Below, one piece after another: positions 1 to 10,578 of a stretch of 32,686 bases of DNA. This stretch comes from Octopus sinensis. Taxonomy: Eukaryota. Every line of letters starts with the position of its first letter. The first letter of the stretch is position 1. The position numbers and the translations under genes are program-made. Where the stretch lies: assembly GCF_006345805.1 (NCBI RefSeq), contig NW_021835748.1, positions 1 through 32,686 of the forward strand, written 5' to 3'. The notes under the pieces were generated by a model. That model saw nothing but the letters and a program-made list of their open reading frames with translations. It was not told the origin of the DNA and did no database searches.

Positions 1-215
1 TACTTGACTGGTATTTTGTTTTTAACGATCCCAAGAGGATGAGAGAGGATGAATATTATTCGCATATGTTATGTATGTATATATATATATATATATTATA
101 TATATATATATATTCATACATATATAACGACTCAAGGATAAGTTACCTCCACAAATTTGAACTCAGAACCTAAAATGACTGAAGAAATATCGCAAATCAT
201 GTTGTCAAATGCTCT
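1..215 (-). mobile_element. Degenerate octopus tRNA-derived SINE fragments (family A, same family as 16799-17024)
   Basis: 1-50 (actggtattttg...acgatccc...ggatga) and 145-215 (aatttgaactcagaac...gaaatatcgc) resemble the reverse complement of the better-preserved copies at 16799 and 32079. Confidence 0.55.
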
Positions 216-390
216 AAAAAAATCTTCTATCTCTCCGATCTGTTAAAAATATCACATAACACTTGTTCGCTATGTGGTGGGTGAAGTTATTGTAACTGGG
301 AATTTTGACTACCTTCTCAGCAGAAAGCTGTAAAATATAAGATTTGAATTATTTTAGAAAGAATGTGAACGTTAAAGTTCCTGTTTCTGA

Positions 391-658
391 GTGTGTGTGT
401 GTGTGAGGGAGAGAGAGAGGGAGGGGGGAGAGAGAAAGGGAGAGAGGATGAGAGAGAGGGGAGAGAGGATGAGAGAGAGGGGAGAGGAAGGAGAGGGAAA
501 GGAGTGGGGAGAGAGAGACGAGGGAGAGAGGAGAGAGAAGAGAAGAGAAAGAGGGAAATAGAGAGGGAGATAGTAGATGAATCAGAAAAAAGCGAGAGAA
601 ACATTGAGAGGTTAAAGCAATACAGAAATAAAGAAATATGGGATAATAAAAAGAAGAA

Positions 659-698
<40 letters not shown>

Positions 699-759
699 CA
701 GAAATAAAGAAATATGGGATAATAAAAAGAAGAAAAGAAAGAAAGAAAAAAGAAAGAAA

Positions 760-793
<34 letters not shown>

Positions 794-970
794 AAAAAGA
801 AAGAAAGAAAGAAAGAAAGAAAGAAAAAGACAGAAATAAAGAAATATGGGATAATAAAAAGAAGAAAAGAAAGAAAGAAAGAAAGAAAGAAAGGGAGGAA
901 GAAAGAAAGAATGAAAGAAAAGAAGAAAGACAGAAAGAAAGAAAGAAATATGGGATAATAAAAAGAAGAA

Positions 971-1002
<32 letters not shown>

Positions 1003-1090
1003 AAAAAGAAAGAAAGGGAGGAATGAATGAATGAAGGAAGGAAGGAAGGGAGGGAGGAAGGAGGGAAGAGAGGAAAAAAGAAGAAAGGAA
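391..1090. repeat. (GT)n/(GA)n tract followed by a (GAAA)n compound repeat with a recurring 29-bp anchor
   Basis: Directly visible. The anchor gaaatatgggataataaaaagaagaaaag starts at 633, 709, 841 and 945. Confidence 0.95.
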
Positions 1091-1934
1091 AGATGTGTAT
1101 CAGGCTGGAATGTGTAAAGTACATTAGAAGGACATTGGTGACGATGGATGAACGACGCAAGGAAACGTGTCAGAAAAGGTGATGCAGGTGAAAAAGCCGA
1201 AAATAAACAGTGTTCATAATGGAGGTTTTCTGGACGTTCATTCTATGTATATATCGCTCCATTATTGTCGGTTTGTCAAGGGAATCGAAATTGTAAAAAG
1301 ACCGAGCGAGTTCTCAAACAGACAAGTTGGCATTAAAATGTTGATACATTGTCAGTTGTTTCTGCTTTTTCATGACCCCTCCATTTGTCTCTGGCACTGC
1401 ATTTAGGATAGAATTATTCTAGGCCTTTTTCAACACCAGCGAAGCTGAATTCACAAGAAGTATTTCAGAAATTCTTAAGTAATTATACTAAAGAAACATT
1501 GTTTTCTCTTAGGTTGCCGTTCTATAATGCTTGGATAGCTGCTTAGATTCCCCCTTGTGCTGTAGATCACTATCTACACGGATATTTTCACAATGTCTTG
1601 CAGTTATCAAGCGGTGACTCCAGATAGTGACCTGTGAGAAAACAATGCGAGTGGGTCATGTGTACGTATGCATATCTGTAAGTAAATTAATACGTGGATG
1701 TTTGCATTAATGCGCTTGCTCATCGATTTTCATTGATTTTCATTGATTTTCATCGATTTTCACTCATCTATATGTATGTTTTTATTTGAACATGTGTATA
1801 AGTGAACGTATATGTGTATATGTGCATCTTGTTATATCTACGCAGTTTTATTCTGTATGTGTATGCATCTATTTCTATTGGGTAATCATATTATAAACCT
1901 GCTAAAATATATGCATATATATATATATATATGT

Positions 1935-2066
1935 ATATAATAATAATAATATAATAATAATAATAATAATAATAATTATTATTATTATTATATATATGTA
2001 TAATAATAATAATAATAATAATTATATATATGTATAATAATAATAATAATAATAATTATATATTTG

Positions 2067-2111
<45 letters not shown>

Positions 2112-2115
2112 TATA
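1935..2115. repeat. (AAT)n microsatellite with interruptions
   Basis: Directly visible. Confidence 0.95.
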
Positions 2116-2251
2116 TATTATAGATAAAACATACTTGGAAAAGGATGCGTGGCGTTCGATCATATAATAAATATAAATAATATATAAATATATACATATA
2201 TACATACATATATGCACATACCTACATATATATGTATATATACATACATAA

Positions 2252-2430
2252 ATGGGTACAGAACATAAAAACAACGTTGAACACAATGAGAAACGAAAAT
2301 ATAAAAACAAAAACATAGAAACGAAGTTTTTTTCGAACAAATATAAAAAAAAAACAGGGAAACGAGACATACAACTTAAAGAATATTCCTCTTCATCAGT
2401 TCTCCCTGTTTCAACTACTCCACGTTTCGA
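2252..2430 (-). mobile_element. Probable Penelope-like 3'-tail relic (related to 31237-31367)
   Basis: Both copies start atgggtaca next to a TA/TACA tract and share c(c/t)cttcatcagtt...ctactcc. The minus strand has CTGATGA but no intact GAAA half of a hammerhead. Confidence 0.4.
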
Positions 2431-2531
2431 AAAAAATCCCAAATTATACTTAATTCGCTTTGCGGGAAGGACTGTTTCAACGAAATCGCGTCTTCTCCTT
2501 ACCTTCGAAACTACAAAAGACAAAAGAGGTA

Positions 2532-2758
2532 CAGTAATCACTCGCCATATCGCGGTTCACTTATCGCGGTTTATTATGTTTTTAAGCTTACATCGATTCC
2601 TCTGTGGTGTTGTTTTGCAGTTATAATAAAATAAATATATATACAAATTATAAAAATAATAAAAAAATATACAGTACAGTACTGTTTCTTCTTCGCGGAT
2701 TTTCATCTATCGCGGTGGGTTTTGGAACGTAACACCCGCGATACTCAAGGGACTACTG
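2532..2758. mobile_element. Tigger/pogo-type (Tc1/mariner superfamily) MITE
   Basis: TIRs cagtaatcactcgccatatcgcgg and ccgcgatactcaagggactactg. TA duplication at 2530-2531 and 2759-2760. CAGTA...TACTG termini and no ORF. Confidence 0.85.
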
Positions 2759-3211
2759 TATCGGAACTCAAACCATTGAAGTACTAAAATACTGCGTGCA
2801 TGCATGCTTGTTTGTATGAGTATCTGTACGAATATACGTAAGTATATGTGTGTGTAAGTATGTGTGTGTTCCTGAGTGCATGCCCTTCAGTAAATATGTC
2901 TCAGTTATGTGCACTTAGACGTCCTGTCCACGTGAAATATTTTGAATCTGGCTCAAGTGATGAAAATGTCTTCACTTTATATAGGCGAATTCTTCAAACA
3001 TAGTATCCTATTGCTTCTGATTTGTCAGCAGAATCGACCCTTGCCATCGTTCCACAACCTTTTGGAGTTGAAATACTTTGACAGAGATCAAAGCTGTCAA
3101 ATACAGAATTTTTTGTCTTATTTTTTCATCGAGCAGCGTTGCTAAAATATACAGAGAGAATCGTTTTTTTTACTCGTAAAAGGAATAGACACACACTCAC
3201 ACACGCACAAC

Positions 3212-3251
<40 letters not shown>

Positions 3252-3669
3252 ACAAACACACACACAAATACACATCATAATAAATGTATGAATGCATATG
3301 TGTGTATGTATATGCGTATGTATGTGTATATATAGGCATTTCTATGGGTGTTGGCAAATATGTTTAGTGAATATATATATACCCATATATATATGTATGT
3401 TGGTTAGTGTATATACGTGTATGTTTGTTAGTGTCTGTGAGCATGCATTTACGTATGCATATGAGCATGTCTACGTATGTATGTATATGTGTGCAAATTT
3501 GTTCATACGAATGGAAAGTGTCCGTGCGAGCCTACATTAATCTGCGTTCGTTGCGCATTTGAATAACTATAAGGTTCGGTGCACACATACATACACAGAC
3601 GCACACATACATACACACTCATTTATACATATATACACACTAATTTATACATACACATATATGCAAATA

Positions 3670-3894
3670 TCTATATCTATCTATCTGTTTATCTCTATCT
3701 ATCTCTCTATCCATCTATCCATCTATCTATTTCTGTCTCTCACTTACTCACTCCCTCCCTCCCTCTCTATCTATCTATTTATTTCTATCTATTTATCTCT
3801 ATCTATATGTCTATCTATTTATCTCTATCTATCTATCTATCTATCTATTTATCTCTATTTATCTATCTACCTATCTATCCCTATCTGTCTATCT

Positions 3895-3920
<26 letters not shown>
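3670..3920. repeat. (TCTA)n and (CA)n microsatellites
   Basis: Directly visible. They account for ORFs 3559-4002 and 3579-4133. Confidence 0.95.
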
Positions 3921-3927
<7 letters not shown>

Positions 3928-4809
3928 CATGTATATATGTGTGTATGCATGTGTATGTACGTATGTGTATACACACGCACACATATATTTATATATATAT
4001 AGATAATATATATATATTATATATATATTATATATATATGAGAATATATATATATAGATATACTTATGGATACACACACAATATATCTTACCTTGTTGTG
4101 TGTTACTTACATGTGCGTCGCTTATATGTATAGGTGCGTATATGCGTGTGTATTTATTTTATGTGTGAGTCAAGAAACAAATAAGGACTCTATTTCTACA
4201 AACTCATACAACTTCTGTATGCTTGTCACAGAGCCAAAGTATGATATTGTGCACGTGTGTCAGAGTATGATATATCTAAAACATATATCAGTTTTTACTA
4301 TTTGTTTTGATAGAGGTTTTATTTAATATATATATGTTTGTGAGTGTTTAGTTATATATATATAATTCCAACTCATTTGTAAATCATATCATATTTTAGT
4401 ATTTCGTTTTCAAAGCGAGTTTATTTTAACGTTAGGCGAAATGAATATCAGTCATTTTCTTCGGTTTTCAAATAGAAATGTTCTTTTTCAATATTGTGAC
4501 ATTAATTTCAAAGAAAATACGTGCAGATCCGTGCCCGGAGGCGGGAAACAATTCATTGCAGTTGTACAATTAACAGCACGTACAATTTGCGAGTATGTGT
4601 GTGTGTGTATGGGAGTGTGCTTGTGTGGGTGTGTGTAAATGTATGTATACACAGATATAAATATAGATATAGATATAGACATACATATGTATAAATATAT
4701 ATTTATATATTCTATATATATATATATATAATAATAAATATTAGGGAATATATCCAAATTTACAGGGAAAAAAAATCAGATTTAGGATTAAATCCAATTT
4801 TATAGTAAA

Positions 4810-5923
4810 ATATTATAAAATATTATTTGAGACAAAACCACTATTTTGCAAAACAAACAAGGAAAGACTTAATCAATACATAAAATTAATAAATAGTCAA
4901 AAAAACCCGCCACTACAATCGTTTCTTGTCTTGATCGACAATCTTCAGGTGGACTTCCAATCTAAAAAATCAAAATTTTAAAATATAAAAATAATACTTT
5001 TAAATAATTAAAGTATAAATGAAAAAATATAAGTATATAATCCATATATAACCTATATATATCCATATCGAAAATATAGACTAATTACCACACAAATCCT
5101 AAAAAAACCATGATAAAACAAAACTCTTAAAAACATATAACGATAAAATCTCCCTTTGCTAAACTCTATAACAAACCTATAAAGTAAACCCCCTAACCTA
5201 AACATTCACACACAAATACACACACGTAAACCACAAACTCACGACTTATACACATACCTATACTAACTTATAAACCTCAATATACACCAAAACCACTCCC
5301 CCCCACACAGACAAATTAACACATACATCCCAAAACCTAAATAACAAACCATATATACACATTCACACACAAAACACACACTCACACGCAAACACTCACA
5401 CAACACAAAAGATACATATACTCCCTCACATATACGCCTATACATACTCACTAAACTCGACATATACAACAATACTTACACACCCACAAAACATTATATA
5501 CATTATGAGCTTTAACTCACCTTAGCATCTCTAACAACAACTTGCAGTAACCCAATCCCATTCTCTATGCCTACCTCACTACTACACTATTCCATTCACA
5601 TTCCAAGCAACGCTAGTCCACCACCCGGTTATTCACGTGGCAAAACGAACACCACTCAAAAATTATGAATGAAACAATGTAAAAAAATAACCAACACCTA
5701 AAATATACAAATACCCACGAATTACCTAAAAAAAACCATGATAAACCAAAACTCATAAAGCATATAACGATAAAATCTCCCTTTGCTAAACCCTATAACA
5801 AACTTATATAGCAATCCCCCTAACCTAACATTCACACACAAAAAACCCACACGTAAACCACAGACCAGACTTATACACAAACCTATAAAACCTATACTAC
5901 TTATAAACCTCAATATACACCAA
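4810..5923 (-). repeat. Inverted arm A (copy of 9577-10677)
   Basis: Near-identical reverse complement. Differences are mostly 1-bp indels in homopolymers. Confidence 0.95.
4909..4954 (-). ncRNA. Minimal type I hammerhead ribozyme (inverted copy)
   Basis: The minus strand reads gtccac-CTGAAGA-ttgtc gatcaa gacaa-GAA-ACGATTGT-A-gtggc. It matches 10534-10578 except for one extra base in stem I. Confidence 0.8.
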
Positions 5924-6605
5924 ATATAACCTATATATAATCCATATCGAAAATATAGACTAATTACCACGAATTCCCTAAAAAAACCATGATAAAACAA
6001 AACTCTTAAAAACATATAACGATAAAATCTCCCTTTGCTAAACTCTATAACAACCTATAAAGTAAACCCCCTAACCTAAACATTCACACACAAATACACA
6101 CACGTAAACCACAAACTCACGACTTATACACATACCTATACTAACTTATAAACCTCAATATACACCAAAACCCACTCCCTCCCCACACAGACAAATTAAC
6201 ACATACATCCCAAAACCTAAATAACAAACCCATATACACATTCACACACAAAACACACACTCACCACGGCAAAACCTCACACACAAAAATACATATACTC
6301 CCTCACATATACGCCTATACATACTCACTAAACTCGACATATACAACAATACTTACACACCCACAAAAACATTATACATTTATGAGCTTTAACTCACCTT
6401 AGCATCTCTAACAAACAACTTGCAGTAACCAATCCCATTCTCTATGCCTACCTCACTACTACACTATTCCATTCACATTCCAAGCAACGCTAGTCCACCA
6501 CCCGGTTATTCCGTGGCAAAACGAACACCACTCAAAAATTATGAATGAAACAATGTAAAAAAATAACCAACACCTAAAATATACAAAATACCACGAATTA
6601 CCTAA
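5924..6605 (-). repeat. Inverted arm B (copy of 9766-10445), in tandem with arm A
   Basis: Second near-identical copy of the ~630 bp A/C-rich unit. Junction caccaa|atataacc at 5923/5924 and cctaa|ttataatt at 6605/6606. Confidence 0.95.
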
Positions 6606-7604
6606 TTATAATTTTGTTACGTTTAGTGGTATAAATAATAGATATTATAAAAAATAATAAAATGATAAAAATATAAATAAGAATAATAATAATAATAAAT
6701 ATAATAATATATATAATAATAATAATATAATAAAAATAAATTTAATAATTATTATAATAATTATATTGATAAATTTAATAATATTAATAATTCCTTAAAT
6801 GCTGTACATAGATATAATTCTGATAATAATTTTAATAAAATAAGAATTATAAATATATTTATAATAATGATAATAATATAAGGTTAATAAGAATAAAATT
6901 TGGTTAATAGTTCCTTATGGAGTTCAAGTTAAAACGAATATTATTAAAGAGATTTTAGATGTTATAGAACTATTTATTAGAGGTAATCGTAAATATAGAA
7001 ACATTTTCTCTTTTAATAATTTTTGGAGTTGGTTACTCTACCACTAATAATGTTGGTAACATTATTTCTTCTTATTTAATAAATATAAATTGTAATTTTT
7101 TATAAAAAGAATTATTTGATAATAATATTAATAATGATAAGACTTATTTAATTGTACATGTAGAGATAATCTAATTGTATATTAAATAATAATTGTGATA
7201 TTAACGATGTAGTGTATAAATGTATAGTTACATTACATGATAATAACTTTAAGAATAATAATTACACAAAGCGGTTTATATAGGTTCTACTTCCTCAAAA
7301 ATAAAATTAAGAATTGCACAACATATGAATTCTTTTAAAAATAAAAACTTAATCAACTCAACCGGACTTAGTAAGTATATTTGGAGTCTTAAATTCACTA
7401 AATATTAATTATAGTTTAATATGGGAAATAATTTGTAAAACTAAATCATATAATATAGGAGCTAATTGTTGTTATTTATGCTCTAATGATTTTAAAGAAA
7501 TTTTATTTTATAAGTATGATAATTTACTTAATACTGGGGAGGAGCGCAAAATAAAATGTAGACACAAGTTACTTTACTTATATAATAAGTTTCATGATAA
7601 ATAG
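6605..7604 (+). pseudogene. Penelope/Poseidon-type linker plus GIY-YIG endonuclease domain, frameshifted and lacking RT
   Basis: Manual translation across ~7 frame breaks: Asn-rich stretch; KIWLIVPYGVQVKTNIIKEILDVIE...RKYRNIFSFNN/FGVGYSTTNNVGNIISSY; CTCRDN/NCILNNNCDINDVVYKCIV (VVY 7209-7217); YIGSTSSKIKLRIAQHMNSFKNKNLINSTGLSKYIWSLK (YIG 7277-7285); NINYSLIWEIICKTKSYNIGANCCYLCSNDFKEILFYKYDNLLNTGEERKIKCRHKLLYLYNKFHDK* (TAG 7602-7604). These match the WYNPP..VKTNI, CNC..CPL..C, VVY..YIG, LSKYIW.LK, W.I, C.LC and KCRH motifs of PLE C-terminal endonucleases. Confidence 0.9.
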
Positions 7605-8135
7605 CAATAATAGTTCCCTTTTAGGTTATTTTAGTTTAGTTTAAATTAGTTTAGATGATATATTTTTGGTTATGTTGTCTAGGATTTAATTATAGTTAGT
7701 CTTTATTGATATTTCTTTGTTTTAATTAGTTCATTTTTAATGTATATTAATTTAGCAGTTTATGGTACGTTAAAACTTTAATAATTTATATTAGATTTTT
7801 TTATTTTTTTATTTTTATTTTTATTTATTTTATTTTATTATGTATTTTTATTTTGCATTTGTTATATGTATTTTGAGGATATATTTATATGTTTTTGGGT
7901 GTTATTTAGTGGTGTTTTTATTGAGTTTTTTGTATGTATGTGTGAATGTTTAAGATCCCTTTGTTTTTTGTTTTTTTATTTGTATGTTGAATTGACAGAT
8001 TTTATTTGGGTATTGTCTTTTATAATAAAGTACACACCCATAACAATTATAAGTGCCCACTTCATTCGTTGTATTTGGGTTTGCATGTGAGCCTCAGCAT
8101 ATGCACCTAACGGCCACTCCAGCCCCACATGGATA

Positions 8136-8162
8136 AATAAACACATACATCCCCTAAAAATA

Positions 8163-8194
<32 letters not shown>
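8136..8194 (+). terminator. Possible poly(A) signal (AATAAA 8136-8141) followed by a 30-nt poly(A) tract (8165-8194)
   Basis: The motif and tract are directly visible, 23 nt apart. Function is inferred. Confidence 0.45.
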
Positions 8195-8196
<2 letters not shown>

Positions 8197-8602
8197 AGTA
8201 ATCCCATTCACACCAATTATATGTATACAATTATACACACTTGAATAATACATACTAGCCCTAATATACTGAACATACTAATAATCACCAACTAACCACC
8301 ATCACAAATGAAACCCACACCCATACAATGACAAAACTCCCCCATACCCTATTACACCTACATAGTAATCCAATATATTCTTCCATACATGGACGCAAGT
8401 GCGTGAAGCACATGAACATAATTAGTACGTACAACCCCTAATACACACTAATATATACGTATCAAGCTCGACCTCCACAGTGATAAGTTTACACACAATC
8501 ACACCCAGATGGGTGAATTGCACAACCAGTGAATGCTCACACATACGGGCGCGATTACATTGTTGCATTATCGAGCCAAAATAGTATGCATATGTACATG
8601 TG

Positions 8603-8637
8603 GGGGGTACACGTAAATGAAGTGAGCGTGTACCCCC
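8603..8637. other. Perfect 11-bp GC-rich stem-loop (gggggtacacg / cgtgtaccccc, 13-nt loop)
   Basis: Directly visible. Smaller hairpins lie at 8502-8515 and 8740-8753, the latter enclosed by tacactta/taagtgta. Confidence 0.85.
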
Positions 8638-8829
8638 TGTATTTATACCCGTGCGTGAATATACACATGGAGACTACCACACAGGTACAAATGGTTTAGA
8701 AATGGGACCCCATCACTACACTTAATGTATACTCTCACCCATCCGCACGGATGTGTAAGTGTATTCCGGTGTATATGTTGAGGTTATATGTAGAGTTGTT
8801 GAAGGGAACGTCGTCGTTGAAATTGTGAA

Positions 8830-10400
8830 TGAATGGGTAGAGTTGGGAATTGTAACCGGGTGGTGGACTAGTGTTGCTTGGAATTGTGAATGGATTAGGG
8901 TGGTAATGAGGTAGGCATTGAGTATGGGTTACTGTAAGTTGTTGTTAGAGTTGCTAGGGTGAGCTAAAGCTCATAATGTATATAATTGATTTTTCATGAT
9001 AGTTTTTAAAGAATCCATTCATAATAAATTTTTTTAAGTAGCGTTGGTTTGCTACGTGGAAATAGTTTTTAGTTCCATTTATTATATTTCTCCATTCATA
9101 CTAGAATGACGTTTACTTTCTATGGCGCGTATTCTTTTTTTACATTAGTTATTTCCATGGTAACGTAATTTTGTTTGGTTTTTTAACGGCTAAAAATCTA
9201 ATTTCACTTCATAATTTGTAACTGAATTGTAAGTATGTATTGATTTATCCTTATGTCATAATGTTATTTTTGATATTCTGGTTAATTACGATGTATTTAT
9301 TGTGTTTTCATAAGAGTGTTTTATGTATATGAGATTGGTTGTGAGTTTTTAATTGTATAATTAATTTATTTATCTGTATGAGTGTGGTGTTAAATATTGT
9401 TGTATATATCGAGTTTTAGTGAGTATGTATATGCGTATATGTGAGGGAGCATATGTATCTGTTGGTGTGTGTTTTTTGCGTGTGTGTGTTGTTTGTGTGT
9501 GAATGTGTATTGGGTTTGTTATTTAGGATTTGGGATGTATGTGTTAATTTGTCTGTGTGGGGAGGGAGTGGTTTGGTTGGTGTATATTGAGGTTTATAAG
9601 TTAGTATAGGTTTGTGTATAAGTCTTGGGTCTGTGGTTTACGTGTGGGTTTTTTGTGTGTGAATGTTTAGGTTAGGGGGATTGCTATATAAGTTTGTTAT
9701 AGGGTTTAGCAAAGGGAGATTTTATCGTTATATGCTTTTATGAGTTTTGGTTTATCATGGTTTTTTTAGGTAATTCGTGGTATTTTGTATATTTTAGGTG
9801 TTGGTTATTTTTTACATTGTTTCATTCATAATTTTTGAGTGGTGTTCGTTTTGCCACGTGAATAACCGGGTGGTGGGACTAGCGTTGCTTGGAATGTGAA
9901 TGGAATAGTGTAGTAGTGAGGTAGGCATAGAGAATGGGATTGGGTTACTGCAAGTTGTTTGTTAGAGATGCTAAGGTGAGTTAAAGCTCATAAATGTATA
10001 TAATGTTTTGTGGGTGTGTAAGTATTGTTGTATATGTCGAGTTTAGTGAGTATGTATAGGCGTATATGTGAGGGAGTATATGTATCTTTTGTGTGTGAGT
10101 GTTTTGCGTGTGAGTGTGTGTTTTGTGTGTGAATGTGTATATGGGTTTGTTATTTAGGGTTTTGGGATGTATGTGTTAATTTGTCTGTGTGGGGGAGGAG
10201 TGGTTTTGGTGTATATTGAGGTTATAATAGTTAGGTAGGTATGTGTATAAGTCGTGAGTTTGTGGTTACGTGTGTGTATTTGTGTGTGTTTAGGTTAGGG
10301 GGTTTACTTTATAGGTTTGTTATAGAGTTTAGCAAGGGAGATTTTATCGTTATATGTTTTTAAGAGTTTTGTTTTATCATGGTTTTTTTAGGGAATTCGT
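8830..10400 (+). repeat. Two direct copies of a ~630 bp G/T-rich unit: a diverged, interrupted copy (8830-9770) and an intact copy (9770-10400)
   Basis: 8849-8985 aligns to 9860-10003 and 9390-9770 aligns to 10020-10390. 8990-9390 is unique sequence inside the first copy. Confidence 0.85.
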
Positions 10401-10533
10401 GGTAATTAGTCTATATTTTCGATATGGATTATATATAGGTTATATATGGATTATATACTTATATTTTTTCATTTATACTTTAATTATTTAAAAGTATTAT
10501 TTTTATATTTTAAATTTTGATTTTAGATTGGAA

Positions 10534-10578
10534 GTCACCTGAAGATTGTCGATCAAGACAAGAAACGATTGTAGTGGC
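10534..10578 (+). ncRNA. Minimal type I hammerhead ribozyme at the PLE 3' end
   Basis: gtcac (stem I), CTGAAGA, ttgtc/gacaa stem II, GAA, ACGATTGT (near-palindromic stem III), A (cleavage position), gtggc (stem I'). This is the usual architecture of PLE hammerheads. Confidence 0.88.

Noticed and set aside
3010-3141. Minus-strand exon candidate after a good acceptor (TLLDEKIRQKILYLTALISVKVFQLQK...)
   Set aside because: No convincing donor, a second frame is also open over much of it, and no homology recognised.
317-4757. Long ORFs in the supplied track (for example 612-1160, 3559-4133) and similar ones at 10.7, 13.9, 20.1, 24.1-24.7, 25.1 and 29.0 kb
   Set aside because: They are translations of GA, GAAA, TCTA, TA and CA microsatellites with no domain content.
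5090-6605. CRISPR-like or regularly spaced array
   Set aside because: These are long duplicated blocks with no short repeat and unique spacer alternation, in eukaryotic context.
8990-9230. Possible small mitochondrial-code ORF (atp8-like ending KITLPWK*)
   Set aside because: Frames are interrupted by TAA/TAG under every code tried and there is no MPQL-type start.
8830-10400. ADAR hyper-editing as the cause of the G/T skew
   Set aside because: Differences between the two unit copies are mixed (A/T transversions and C/T as common as A/G), and A-to-G editing would not explain the C depletion.
4990-10500. Mitochondrial insertion (NUMT of a control region)
   Set aside because: The skew, hairpins and tandem units are suggestive, but I found no mitochondrial protein, rRNA or tRNA sequence. 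The only coding signal is a PLE endonuclease and the ends are PLE hammerhead tails. A BLAST search would be needed to exclude it fully.
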